This document shows positions 46,757 through 57,748 of a stretch of DNA of 64,000 nt, in pieces. The position numbers and the translations under genes are program-made. The DNA is from Nitrospirota bacterium (GTDB taxonomy: Bacteria; Nitrospirota; UBA9217): positions 192,001 to 256,000 of the forward strand of contig CAWJQQ010000008.1 of NCBI GenBank assembly GCA_963845065.1, in the 5' to 3' direction. The notes beneath the pieces are model-generated. The model ran no database searches. It saw only the letters and a program-made list of their open reading frames with translations, and had not been told where the DNA came from. How positions within the stretch are numbered: the first letter of the stretch is position 1; the number at the start of each line of letters is the position of its first letter.

Positions 46757-46905
46757 AATCGTAGGGTGACCTTCCTGCTTTCCTAATCCTTTCATCGGAT
46801 AAACACAGCTCTTTCCCCAATTTTTTCTGCCCAATGATACAATGTATTCCGTCAATAATTCAAGAGAAATATTATAAAGTATGGCACAGCCATACGAAAA
46901 AAATG

Positions 46906-47913
46906 CTATTCCCACCTGAATATGAACGATCCTATGAGTAGAAAAACCGCTGCCATGAGGCCGAGTGTTGTCAGCTGCGGAGCTATAGCCACAAGCCCTG
47001 CACCTTCAGTCATAATGGCACGGGCTGCATCAACGATATGCGTGAGGGGCAGGAACTTGGCTATATTCTGAACGACCGGGTTCGTGCCTTCAAGCGAGAA
47101 CCAGACGCCTGAGAGCAGCATCATGGGCCAGGTGATGAGGTTCAATATACCTCCTGCAAGCTCTTCACTCGACAGCCGCGCTGAGACGAGAAGACCTAGT
47201 GAGATAAGGCAAATTGCGCCGAGAAGGGAAACGAGAAAGAGGTTCACATATGAGCCGCGCATCTGGAAATGGATGAAGTAGTTGCAGCCCCCGTATACGA
47301 GGGTGGTGATGGTCTGGATCAGGATGAGGCGCGAAACCATCTGCGCGGACAAAAACTCGAAGGGATTAAGTGGCGTTGCCTTGAGTCTTTTGAGAAACCC
47401 GTTTTTCCGGTACCGGACAATCACATATCCGACGCCGAACAGGCAGGAAAACATCATGTTCATAGCCAGTATACCGGGTACGACCCAGTCCACATAGCGG
47501 ATTTGGCGGCCCTGGACTGTGCGGCGCTCGTATCTCGGCACGCTTGGACTTTGAAGCATCCGTTCAAGCAGATATCCATTGGGTGCGTTCTCGTTGATCC
47601 AGTAGTGCATGCCCGAACGCACGTCCAAAAGCATATCGAGCTTGAAATGTTCGACTTTGTCGAGCGCCTGAGCGAGGTCATCCATGGTGATGAACTGGAC
47701 ATATTTCGTGCTAAAAAATTCCTGCTCCGATTTAGTGAGACGGGACGTGTCCCCGATGACGCCGACTTTGAATAGAGGCTTGGTTTCGCCGGAGAAGACG
47801 AAGGCAAAACTTAACACTAGCAGGAGCGGGAACAGAATGTTCCATCCCAGAGACGACTTGTCGCGGATGAATTCCATATTCCTGGCGTGTAGTATGGCGA
47901 AAAATTTTTTCAT
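46906..47913 (-). CDS. ABC-2 type transporter permease
   Basis: YVDWVVPGILAM, LKRLKATP, LPLTH. Confidence 0.9.
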   Translation of the reverse strand: MKKFFAILHARNMEFIRDKSSLGWNILFPLLLVLSFAFVFSGETKPLFKVGVIGDTSRLTKSEQEFFSTKYVQFITMDDLAQALDKVEHFKLDMLLDVRSGMHYWINENAPNGYLLERMLQSPSVPRYERRTVQGRQIRYVDWVVPGILAMNMMFSCLFGVGYVIVRYRKNGFLKRLKATPLNPFEFLSAQMVSRLILIQTITTLVYGGCNYFIHFQMRGSYVNLFLVSLLGAICLISLGLLVSARLSSEELAGGILNLITWPMMLLSGVWFSLEGTNPVVQNIAKFLPLTHIVDAARAIMTEGAGLVAIAPQLTTLGLMAAVFLLIGSFIFRWE

Positions 47914-48107
47914 AGAAACCTTAGGGAGATAAACTGCTTCGATGCACAGTCATGGCGAAAAGCATCCACTGTTGAACCTCAGATGAACACGGCAATAAAT
48001 AAGAAGATCGGAAAGGGTCAAAGCAAGCCCAGAGAAACTTAGGATGCTAATCCGCCGTTACGAAGGAATTTTTAGTATCTCCGTACCTCCGTGACGGTGT
48101 CTTGATT

Positions 48108-48992
48108 CTATGCTCTCAAGTCTTTGCCCGTGAGCGCGATGAAGAGGTCTTCGAGGTTCCAAGAGCGCATATTCATCCGCTTGAGAGACACACCCCGAGC
48201 CATAAGTATCCTTATGGCATCATCCACATCATGGGTCTGGATTTCACACCAAGCCGGCTGTTTCGACGTACAAAGTCCGGTCCCGTCCAGCTTGCCGTTT
48301 ACGTCCTCTTCCGGGAGCTGCAGAATAACACTGCCGAAGTGATCCTTCAGCAGTTTTATCGGTGTGCCTTGCGTAATGATCCTGCCGTGGTCCATAATGG
48401 CGATCTCATCGCATAGCGTGTAGGCTTCGTCCATATAATGGGTTGTCAGAACGATGGTTTTACCTTTGGATCGGATCATTGCTATAAGGTCCCAGAAATT
48501 CCTGCGTGCCTGGGGGTCGAGGCCTGTCGTCGGCTCATCAAGAAAAAGCACTTCCGGGTCGTTCACGAGCGCCAGGGCCATGAGCAGCCGCTGCCGTTGG
48601 CCTCCGGAAAGTTTTCGGTTATCGCGGTCGAGGAACTCGTCAAGGCTTAAAAGCCGGACTACCTCGCTGAACTTCATTGCTCGCGGGTAAAGGTTCTTAA
48701 ACAGCTGCAGCGTCTCCCGGACGGTCAGAAACTCTTGGAGCGACGTGACCTGAAACTGGATCCCCGCCTCCTTCCGGAATCGGGCGCCAACAGGTGTTCC
48801 TTTATACAACGTGACGCCAGAATCCGGCTTCAGGATACCCTCGACGATCTCGATGAGCGTAGTCTTACCAGCGCCGTTTGGGCCGAGCAGGCCGTAGCAG
48901 AGACCATGACCTATGGAGAGGCTTACATCATCCACAGCCCGTATACCGGGAAAGGTTTTGATTATGTTTCGTATTTCAATAATAGGCGGCAT
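48108..48992 (-). CDS. ABC transporter ATP-binding protein
   Basis: GPNGAGKTT, LSGGQRQR, LDEPTTGLDPQARR. Confidence 0.94.
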   Translation of the reverse strand: MPPIIEIRNIIKTFPGIRAVDDVSLSIGHGLCYGLLGPNGAGKTTLIEIVEGILKPDSGVTLYKGTPVGARFRKEAGIQFQVTSLQEFLTVRETLQLFKNLYPRAMKFSEVVRLLSLDEFLDRDNRKLSGGQRQRLLMALALVNDPEVLFLDEPTTGLDPQARRNFWDLIAMIRSKGKTIVLTTHYMDEAYTLCDEIAIMDHGRIITQGTPIKLLKDHFGSVILQLPEEDVNGKLDGTGLCTSKQPAWCEIQTHDVDDAIRILMARGVSLKRMNMRSWNLEDLFIALTGKDLRA

Positions 48993-49255
48993 GATTGCAA
49001 TGGTCTAATTCGAACGCGCTAAAGCCTCTCGGGCCATCCTTTCCAGCGGGGCGAGGATGGTGGAAATCAAGGAGATTCTGTGAGTACGCGACATATATCT
49101 TTTGCTTGATTATAAGCCACTGTCAATTGTGTGCTCGATACAGTATCACGCGGACAGTATACAGTCAAGTCAGGACGCAGAATTGAAACGCGGTCAATGT
49201 CCAAGAATGATATAATTTTATCATATATTTGAATAGAAACTGCGAGGAGGAGCTA

Positions 49256-50050
49256 GTGAAAATAAAAATGCCGGTACTCTTCATCGGCCACGGTTCACCA
49301 ATGAACATTATATTCGATAATAGCTACACCAAGAGTCTTGCGTCGCTTGGCAGGAGCCTGCCGAAGCCCAAAGCGATTTTGGTGGTTTCAGCGCACTGGC
49401 TTACCAAGGCCACCTCTGTCACGTGCACGGAGAAGCCGAAGACCATCCACGATTTTTACGGTTTTCCTGACGAACTCTACGCCATGCGCTATCCCTGTCC
49501 AGGCGCACCACGCGAAGCCCGGCTGGTGACGGAAATGGTAAAAAACGTAAAGGTAGTCTGTGGTGAATGGGGACTTGATCATGCGTCGTGGGCTGTTTTA
49601 AAACATATCTATCCAACTGCGGATATACCCGTGTTCGAGATGAGCCTCGCCTACGCGTACAATGAATGGCATCCGAAGCCGCTCCAGTATCATTATGACC
49701 TTGCACGTGAACTGTCCGGACTGCGGGATCAAGGCGTGCTGATCATCGGGAGCGGGAATATCGTACACAATCTCGGGATGCTGGACTTTGAAAATATTGA
49801 TGCCCCGATATTTGACTGGGCAGACGAATTCGACGAAGATGTGAAGAAAAATCTGGTCGATGGAAACCATGACGCCCTGATCCACTATCACAACCTCGGG
49901 AGCACATCACTCCTTGCAGTGCCGACGCTCGACCATTATCTCCCGATGATCTACACTATTGCGCTACAGGAAAAAAACGAACCACTGACGTTCACGCATG
50001 AAGGATTCCAGTATGGTTCGGTGTCGATGCGATGTTTTCAGATCGGTTAA
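49256..50050 (+). CDS. ygiD: 4,5-DOPA extradiol dioxygenase (YgiD-like)
   Basis: FIGHGSPMN, SAHW, IHDFYGFP, WGLDH, GSGNIVHNL, PTLDHYLP. Confidence 0.92.
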   Translation: MKIKMPVLFIGHGSPMNIIFDNSYTKSLASLGRSLPKPKAILVVSAHWLTKATSVTCTEKPKTIHDFYGFPDELYAMRYPCPGAPREARLVTEMVKNVKVVCGEWGLDHASWAVLKHIYPTADIPVFEMSLAYAYNEWHPKPLQYHYDLARELSGLRDQGVLIIGSGNIVHNLGMLDFENIDAPIFDWADEFDEDVKKNLVDGNHDALIHYHNLGSTSLLAVPTLDHYLPMIYTIALQEKNEPLTFTHEGFQYGSVSMRCFQIG

Positions 50051-50307
50051 GAACAGATTTTGATTTACAAATAACCATGTATTGACAGGAATTCCACCCT
50101 GCCTTTAAAAAAAATCGCATGGTAATCAAACATGTTGCTTTCTTATCAAGCTTAAAAGCAAAACCGTCAGACATTATTTTGTCGTTTGAACAATGTTTCA
50201 CAAAACAGCGATGCTTAGATTATATCAAAGGGAAGTTCCCGGAGGAGAGATGCTGAAGTTGCCGTTGTCAGATTGCTACGTAAGCACGAGAGGACAACGA
50301 CGCGGCT

Positions 50308-52323
50308 CTATTTCAAGATTTGGAAAAGGTTGCTATAATCGTCAGTCCAAGCCCGGAGTTCGGGTCGTGCGGTAAGTTCTTCCGCGGCCTTCTTGATGGT
50401 CGGGTCTTCTATGGGCTGCGACGAGATTAGCGCCCATTGGGAACGGAATAGATTGTGCTGCTCGTCTGAATCCGTCGAGATAAGAATGGCCTGCTTGCCG
50501 AGTACGTCACTGAGCTTCCGCACAACTGGTGCAAGATCGAGGTGTGTATTCGTGATGTGGAGTGCCAGGATGCCGCCTAGTTTCAGATGACGGAAATACA
50601 GCTCCAGCGCCTGTCTAGTGATCAGGTGCACGGGTATGGCATCGCCTGAGAAAGCATCGACCACAAGGAGGTCGTAATGTTGGTTCGGTTCGCGTTCGAG
50701 CGAGAGGCGGCCATCGCCCAAAACCACATCGACCTTGCCCCTGCAGTCCTTCAGATAGGTGAATTCACTTCGCGCGAGCTGCTCCACCAGCGGATTTATC
50801 TCGTAGAATCGGAATACGTCCCCGGGTCGGGCATAGGCGGCAAGTGAGCCGGCGCCGAGCCCGATGACGCCGACGCGCAGGGATGAATGCCGGAGATAGC
50901 TCTCGGCAAGCGATACACCGGACTCTGGACCGTAGTAGGATATCCGCGCACGGCGCTGGGCTATGGGCGTGTACTGAATGCCGTGCGTGACGGTCCCGTG
51001 AACGAGTACCCGTATTTCGTTGTTCGTTCCCTTATGATATTCATTCACACGCAGTCCGCCGTAGAAATTCCTAGCCATCACGAGTACCTGGTGTCCGTAG
51101 GAGGTTATGTAATGCGTTGACATGAGGATTACCGCGGTCGCCGTTACCCAGCCAATAAAAAGGACAATACGCGATCTGCGATACTCCAACACGATGAGCA
51201 GAAGGACTGAGGAGAACATGAGGGTGATTGGAAGCTCGAAGTATGCGGGCAGGACTTTAGGCGCGATTAGTCCCACGAACAGGCCTCCGAGCGCTCCGCC
51301 GATAGAGAGCATAAGATAAAACGATGTCAAGTGCCGCGGCGCCGGTTTGCGCTTTACGAGTTCGCCGTGAAAGAACAAGCAAGAAATGAAGAGGCCCGAA
51401 GAAAAGGTCGCAATGACCAGTCTGATGTTGGTATGCGAGTTCCAGCTTATTAGTCCGTAGCCCATTCCGCCCAGAGCGAGGACGAAAAGCCAAATAAAAA
51501 TGTTCCGGTTGTAAAGCCGTTCGTAGTCAAACGTCAGGATAAAGGTAAGGAGATACAGGCTGAGCGGCAGCACCCAGAGGAACGGGATCGACGCTACATT
51601 TTGTGTCAGGTGGTTGGTTACAGAGAGCAGGAGCGTTGAGGCGCATCCCGCCAGCAGGAGCCAGAGAACCTGTTCCCGAACTTTTGGCGGAGGGCAATCC
51701 ATTAATGCGGTTTCTACAGGTTCGTCGCAGACATCGAGGATCGTATTGCGTCGGCTCCGGAAGGCTGTTATTATGCCGAGCGCGGCAAAAATTGCAAAGG
51801 CCGTTGACCAGCCCAGGGACTGCTGCCTGATCGTAACGTTTGGCTCGACAAGGAGTGGGTATGCCAGAAGCCCCAGGAGTGAGGCGAGGTTTGAGAGCCC
51901 GAAGAGCCTGTAGGGCAGCGCTGCTTTGTGCGTTCGTGCATACCAGGCCTGGATGAGCGGGCTAGTAGTTGAGAGCAGGAAGTAGGGCAGTCCGATGGAG
52001 ACCGTCAAGAGACCGAGAATGCTCAGGATAGGATCCTCAGTGCCTGATGGCTTCCACGTCAGCGACGGCGCCACGGGTAGGAGCAGGAGGCTTGCCGCAA
52101 GCAGGCTTATATGTACGGCAGCCTGCGACTTAGGCTTGAGAGTTCGGATGGACCAGTGCGCATAGAGATAGCCGCCAAGCAGGGTAATCTGAAAAAAAAG
52201 CATCGCCGTTATCCAGACCGACGCAGAGCCGCCGAACCAGGGCAGGATCATCTTAGCTATCATCGGCTGGATCTGAAAAAGCAGGAAGGCGCTCAAAAAT
52301 ATGGTAAGGGCATAAAGGGACAT
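50308..52323 (-). CDS. Fused membrane protein / spermidine synthase-like SAM-dependent domain
   Basis: GGSASVW, multiple TM segments, IGLGAGSLA, YEINP, VDAFSGDAIPVHL, WTDDYSN. Confidence 0.88.
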   Translation of the reverse strand: MSLYALTIFLSAFLLFQIQPMIAKMILPWFGGSASVWITAMLFFQITLLGGYLYAHWSIRTLKPKSQAAVHISLLAASLLLLPVAPSLTWKPSGTEDPILSILGLLTVSIGLPYFLLSTTSPLIQAWYARTHKAALPYRLFGLSNLASLLGLLAYPLLVEPNVTIRQQSLGWSTAFAIFAALGIITAFRSRRNTILDVCDEPVETALMDCPPPKVREQVLWLLLAGCASTLLLSVTNHLTQNVASIPFLWVLPLSLYLLTFILTFDYERLYNRNIFIWLFVLALGGMGYGLISWNSHTNIRLVIATFSSGLFISCLFFHGELVKRKPAPRHLTSFYLMLSIGGALGGLFVGLIAPKVLPAYFELPITLMFSSVLLLIVLEYRRSRIVLFIGWVTATAVILMSTHYITSYGHQVLVMARNFYGGLRVNEYHKGTNNEIRVLVHGTVTHGIQYTPIAQRRARISYYGPESGVSLAESYLRHSSLRVGVIGLGAGSLAAYARPGDVFRFYEINPLVEQLARSEFTYLKDCRGKVDVVLGDGRLSLEREPNQHYDLLVVDAFSGDAIPVHLITRQALELYFRHLKLGGILALHITNTHLDLAPVVRKLSDVLGKQAILISTDSDEQHNLFRSQWALISSQPIEDPTIKKAAEELTARPELRAWTDDYSNLFQILK

Positions 52324-52597
52324 CACAAGCCGCGATTGTACCACAACATTTTGCAATAATCTCGAAAAAAAAGGACAATGTTGCACGACCTTTCGACACA
52401 TTAGCCGAATTCTGTCGATCTTTGAGTATCAAAAAACCGGATTAACCTTGTCTTTTCGATGTTTTTTTGGTACCCTTGATATAAGGGGTCCGGGCCACGA
52501 GTCCATATCTATCGTGCACCAGACGATGTCTTGCCATGACTTTTTGATGACCACGTTCAGGTCCGAGAACTTGCGGTACCTGCCCCAAGAGGGTAGC

Positions 52598-53950
52598 ATG
52601 ATCCACGATGTCCTCCGACGCGCTGATTTTTTACTCGAACTGCTGAATGCGGTTCCCGCCATGCTTTTGATCGTTGACTCAGATGTCAGGATCTATCATA
52701 TCAATACGGCAACAGCCCGGGAATTCCGGCTTGACCGCGACAAAGTCTTTATGAGGCTGGGTGGAGAAGTCTTACACTGCATCCACGCTACGGAGGCGCC
52801 AGGAGGGTGCGGTCAGTCGATGGTATGCAAATATTGCATGCTCAGAAATTCCGTGCACGAAGCGATGGAAGGACAGCAGGTTTTCCGTGCCTGCGCAAAA
52901 TTAGACCTCGTGACCAGGGAGGGCACGAACGAAGTACAACTCCTCGTATCCGCGTCACCTCTTGTCTTTGAGGGTAAAGCCTTCGTACTTTTGGCACTGG
53001 AAAATATCACCGAACTCAAGCAGATCGAGGATTCTTTACACGCCAGCGAAGTCAAACTGCGAAATATCACGTCCGTCATGGGAGAAGGCGTATATGTGCT
53101 GGATCGCGACTTGCGTTTGACGTTCCTTAATCCCGAAGCAGAGAAACTGCTCGGCTGGACCGAGAAGGAACTGCTGGGCAAATACGTCCATGACGTGTTT
53201 CACACGAGGAGGGCCGACGGGAGCACATTGACCGCTGCGGAATGCCCCGAGCTGAAAACGGTATACACCGGCATGAGCTATCGTTCGGAAAATGAGGTCT
53301 TTGTCCGAAAAGACGGGACAATGTTTCCTGTCTCTCTAGTTTCCACGCCCCTGATAGAACATGGGAACCTCACTGGTTGCGTTGCCGTATTTCGGGACGT
53401 CACTGAAATTGCGCTGACGACTGCGGAACTGAAGCGCCTCAACGAGCTCCTGGAACACCGCGCGACAACAGACGCCTTAACGGACATCTGTAATCGGCTT
53501 AAATTCACCGAATTGCTGATACAAGAGATGCGGGAGTTCCGCCGATACGGACATCAGCTATCCCTGATCATGTTCGATATCGACAACTTCAAGAAGATCA
53601 ATGACCAGGAAGGACATCAAGCCGGTGATTCGGTCCTGCGTAAGCTCGCCCGGCTGGTAAAGGGGAATATCAGAGCGGCAGACATTTTCGGCCGATGGGG
53701 TGGAGAAGAGTTTATGGTTCTGTCACCGCACACGGGTCTGGATGAGACAGAGCAGCTTGCGTCGAAACTGCGGGAACTGGTTGAGGCGCATGATTTCGGC
53801 TGTAGACAATCGATCACTTGCAGCTTCGGCATCACACAATGTACTGACCAGGATACGTTCGAGAGCTTTACCAATCGAGCGGATAAGGCGATGTACCGCG
53901 CTAAAGCAGAAGGACGGAACACGGTTAAGGTCATCGACGCTGAAACTTGA
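52598..53950 (+). CDS. Diguanylate cyclase with Cys-rich PAS and second PAS domain
   Basis: CIH..GGCGQSMVCKYC, PAS, RAAD I-site, RWGGEEF. Confidence 0.92.
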   Translation: MIHDVLRRADFLLELLNAVPAMLLIVDSDVRIYHINTATAREFRLDRDKVFMRLGGEVLHCIHATEAPGGCGQSMVCKYCMLRNSVHEAMEGQQVFRACAKLDLVTREGTNEVQLLVSASPLVFEGKAFVLLALENITELKQIEDSLHASEVKLRNITSVMGEGVYVLDRDLRLTFLNPEAEKLLGWTEKELLGKYVHDVFHTRRADGSTLTAAECPELKTVYTGMSYRSENEVFVRKDGTMFPVSLVSTPLIEHGNLTGCVAVFRDVTEIALTTAELKRLNELLEHRATTDALTDICNRLKFTELLIQEMREFRRYGHQLSLIMFDIDNFKKINDQEGHQAGDSVLRKLARLVKGNIRAADIFGRWGGEEFMVLSPHTGLDETEQLASKLRELVEAHDFGCRQSITCSFGITQCTDQDTFESFTNRADKAMYRAKAEGRNTVKVIDAET

Positions 53951-53982
53951 CGGGTATTCGTAACAGGGCTTGCAGAGCTTAC

Positions 53983-55654
53983 CAAATCATCCACAGAAAG
54001 CCACTGGTTTTAACAATGGGGACGAATGCGGAGACTTAACGCCTCGATAATTGCTAGACAAATGTTCATCACTATGGTATATTTGACGTAACAATGTCAC
54101 GTAATAAATTAAAAACCCCCTCTTCCATCCATGAGTTTCAACTCGGAACTACCCGCAAAGACAACCGAATGCTTGCTATTCGGCTCGAGGCTGGCCGCCA
54201 TCTGTATAATGCCTGCCTTGGCGAAGCGCTGAAACGTCTTGCTGCGATGCGTAGTTCTGTCAAATGGTGCACAGCAATTAAAAAGAAGAAAAGCAAGCTG
54301 CTCACCAAGATGTTTAAGGCAGCCAGAAACCAAGCCAACCATACCGAATACAGCCTCCATGAGTACGTCGGTCGGTTTAGAAACTCCTGCTGGATCGCGG
54401 CGACCATATCGATAGCCTGACTGCCCAGAAGATAGCAACCCGAGCGTTTCAGGCCGTAACCGACTACGAGCTTGGTAAGCATGGCAAGCCCCGGTTCAAG
54501 CGCCGTGGCTGGATGTCGTCCGTTGAAGGCAAAAACAACGCATCCGGGATACGGTGGTGCGATGATCATGTCGAGTGGTCTGGACTTAACCTCAGCTGTC
54601 TCTTCGATCACAAGGACAAGTTCGGTGTCCAGGCTCACGCGCTTAGCCATGAAGTCAAATACGTCCGGCTGGTCAAGAAGACGATCCGTGGCAACCCCCG
54701 CTGGTTTGCCCAACTCGTTCTGAAGGGCACGGCTAAGGTCAAGCGAGAGAACCAGATCGGTACCGGGACTGTTGGTTTAGACATCGGTCCGTCCACAGGC
54801 GCTATCGTTGGCGATACCGATGCCCGGCTCGTTGAATTCTGTCCAGAAGTCGAGATTCCGTACAAACAAATCAGGGTTGTGCAGCGCAAGATGGACAGAA
54901 GTCTTAGAGCCACTAATCCAGATAACTACAACGAGAATGGCACAATCAAGTCCGGCAAAAAGCAGTGGGTCTTCTCCGCTCAATACCGCGCTGAGTTGGC
55001 AGAGCTTAAGCGGGTCCTCGCTGCAACGAGAAAACGATCTCATGGAAAGCCTGCCAATGAGATTCTTAAGCTCGGAACTAACATTAAAACCGAGAAACTT
55101 TCGTACGAAGCCTTTCAAAGAACATTTGGCAAAAGCGTATCAAGACGAGTTCCGGGTATGTTTTTTTTGATGCTTCGCCGCAAAGCCGAAAACGCTGGCG
55201 GCCAGATAATCGAATTCCCTACCCAGAGCACGAAACTTTCAAAGACATGCCACTGCGGTGAAGTTAAATAGAAGCCCCTCTCAAAGCGGCAACACGTTTG
55301 CGCATGTGGTGCGGATGCATAGCGCGATCTATATTCCGCATTTTTCGCAAAGTACGTTTCGAACGATGTCCTCAACACGCGCCGGGCTCTAGCAGCCTGG
55401 CCGGGTGCAAACCTGCTCCTGGAACGGGCGGTGTTGAGGGTGCAGCATGAAGCGGCGATAGGCCGGATTCATCCGGCCAGCTTCGGTCTCACGCGAGCGA
55501 TGAAGGTAAGTACAAGCGCAGACCGGAGACAGAGCAGCTCGCCCGTCAAAGACGGATCAACGACAGTCGAGGCCGGCAATGTTTGCGTTGTTGCCGGAGA
55601 GACTGTCGGTATTGCCGTCAGAACCCCCTAGTTTTAACTATGGGGAGTGGTCAG
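53983..55654 (+). mobile_element. IS200/IS605-family tnpB-only element, decayed copy
   Basis: TTAC target at 53979-53982, AAAG-hairpin left end, right end GAAC-CCCCTAGTTTTAACTATGGGG-AGTGG-TCAG. Confidence 0.9.
54094..55631 (+). pseudogene. tnpB: tnpB pseudogene (frameshift ~54398, stops at 55269 and 55319)
   Basis: Collinear with intact TnpB at 61615; GLDIG, TEKL, RDLYSA retained. Confidence 0.9.
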
Positions 55655-55740
55655 ACAATTCTCTCATTATTTGCACACATCCTTTCTTTGTCCTTTCCAT
55701 AATATGTTATACTTTATTGCATTAATCGGAGGAACGCCGC

Positions 55741-57675
55741 ATGAAAGCCAAAGGCACCAAGAACAAAGAAAATGTCATCCACGGCGTGAGCTTGCTCACG
55801 GAGCACGACATCTATCTCTTTAAAGAAGGGAACCATTTTGGACTCTACGAGAAGCTCGGCTCACACGTATTAATCATCAACGGTGAAGAGGGCACGCTAT
55901 TCGCGGTCTGGGCACCGAATGCTGCGAAGGTCTCGGTGATTGGCGATTTTAACAGCTGGAACAGGAACAGCCATCCTCTTGCAGTGCGGCATGACGGTTC
56001 GGGCATCTGGGAAGGATTCATCCCGGGTTTAGCCGAAGGGACGCTCTACAAGTACCAGATCGTCTCGAGGTATAATCAGCACGCGGGTGAGAAAGGCGAT
56101 CCCTTTGCGTTTTCCTGGGAAGTCCCCCCCAGGACAGCATCCGTGGTTCGGCAACTGGACTACAAATGGAATGACCAGTTATGGATGAAGGAGCGGTATG
56201 CACGGAATTCGCTGAATGGGCCCTTCTCCGTCTACGAGCTTCACATCGGCTCATGGCGCAGGGTCCCGGAAGATAACAACCGGTCACTCACCTACCGAGA
56301 ACTGGCGGACTATCTTCCCGAATATCTCAAAGACACCGGCTTCACGCACGTGGAATTCATGCCCGTGATGGAACACCCCTTTTATGGGTCCTGGGGATAC
56401 CAGGTTACGGGATTCTTCGCGCCCACGAGGAGGTACGGGACACCGCAGGACTTCATGCATCTGATCGACCGGCTGCACCAGGAGGGAATCGGTGTGATCC
56501 TGGACTGGGTGCCATCGCACTTCCCGGGTGATGCTCATGGGCTAGTGTATTTCGACGGCACGCACCTGTACGAACACGAAGACCCAAGGAAAGGTTTCCA
56601 TCCCGAATGGACGAGCCATATCTTCAACTACGGCCGGTACGAGGTGCGTAACTTCCTGATCAGTAGCGCACTCTTCTGGCTCGATAAATATCATGCAGAC
56701 GGACTCAGGATCGACGCCGTGGCGTCCATGCTCTACCTTGATTACGCGCGGAAGGAAGGCGAGTGGATTCCGAACCAGTATGGCGGTAAGGAGAACATTG
56801 AGGCTATCGATTTTCTTCGGAGCCTGAACCGGGAGGTGTACCGTGCCTTCCCCGACGTCCAGACCATCGCCGAAGAGTCGACCTCTTGGCCTATGGTATC
56901 GCGGCCTGCGCATGTCGGGGGTCTTGGCTTCGGTATGAAATGGAACATGGGGTGGATGCACGATACGCTGGATTATTTTGAGCAGGATCCAGTGTTCCGC
57001 AAGTACCATCACAACGACATCACCTTTAGCATCTGGTACGCGTTTTTTGAGAATTTCATGCTGCCCTTATCCCATGACGAAGTAGTGTACGGCAAGGGTG
57101 CTCTTGCCGGGAAGATGCCCGGCAGCGGCCTGCAGAAGATGGCGAATCTGCGGCTTTTGTACGGATATCTTTACACCCATCCGGGCAAGAAGCTCCTGTT
57201 CATGGGATGCGAGCTGGGCCAGTGGGCGGAGTGGAGCCATGAGCGGAGCATTGAATGGCATCTTCTTCAGTATCAGTCCCACTATGGAGTCTGGAAATGG
57301 GTCCGCGACTTGAATCACCTGTATCGAAGCGAGCCCGCCCTTTTCGAGGTCGACTTCGAGAACGCAGGGTTTGAATGGGTCGACTTCAGCGACCAGGAAT
57401 CGAGTGTCATCTGCTTTATCAGGAGGGGGCGCTCGACGCGTGATACGATACTTGTTGCGTGCAACTTTACACCGGTTCCGCGTCTGAACTACCGAGTAGG
57501 CGTCCCCGAGGGAGGGTTCTGGAGAGAGCTATTGAACAGCGATGCCAAAGAATATGGCGGAGACGGGTACGGCAATTTCGGTGGACTCGAAGCAACAATG
57601 GAGCCACGCCACCACCGGAGCCATTCGCTGCTGCTAACGCTGCCGCCGCTCGGAATCGTAGTGTTCAAGAAATGA
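55741..57675 (+). CDS. glgB: 1,4-alpha-glucan branching enzyme
   Basis: FAVWAPNA, SWGYQ, DGLRIDAVASMLY, IAEEST, LPLSHDEVV. Confidence 0.97.
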   Translation: MKAKGTKNKENVIHGVSLLTEHDIYLFKEGNHFGLYEKLGSHVLIINGEEGTLFAVWAPNAAKVSVIGDFNSWNRNSHPLAVRHDGSGIWEGFIPGLAEGTLYKYQIVSRYNQHAGEKGDPFAFSWEVPPRTASVVRQLDYKWNDQLWMKERYARNSLNGPFSVYELHIGSWRRVPEDNNRSLTYRELADYLPEYLKDTGFTHVEFMPVMEHPFYGSWGYQVTGFFAPTRRYGTPQDFMHLIDRLHQEGIGVILDWVPSHFPGDAHGLVYFDGTHLYEHEDPRKGFHPEWTSHIFNYGRYEVRNFLISSALFWLDKYHADGLRIDAVASMLYLDYARKEGEWIPNQYGGKENIEAIDFLRSLNREVYRAFPDVQTIAEESTSWPMVSRPAHVGGLGFGMKWNMGWMHDTLDYFEQDPVFRKYHHNDITFSIWYAFFENFMLPLSHDEVVYGKGALAGKMPGSGLQKMANLRLLYGYLYTHPGKKLLFMGCELGQWAEWSHERSIEWHLLQYQSHYGVWKWVRDLNHLYRSEPALFEVDFENAGFEWVDFSDQESSVICFIRRGRSTRDTILVACNFTPVPRLNYRVGVPEGGFWRELLNSDAKEYGGDGYGNFGGLEATMEPRHHRSHSLLLTLPPLGIVVFKK

Positions 57676-57748
57676 GGGAGGGAAGAATGTCGCAATTTAT
57701 AACAGGCTCTCAATTTTCCAAGTGAGTTTTTTGTCGCATGGTAGCCGC

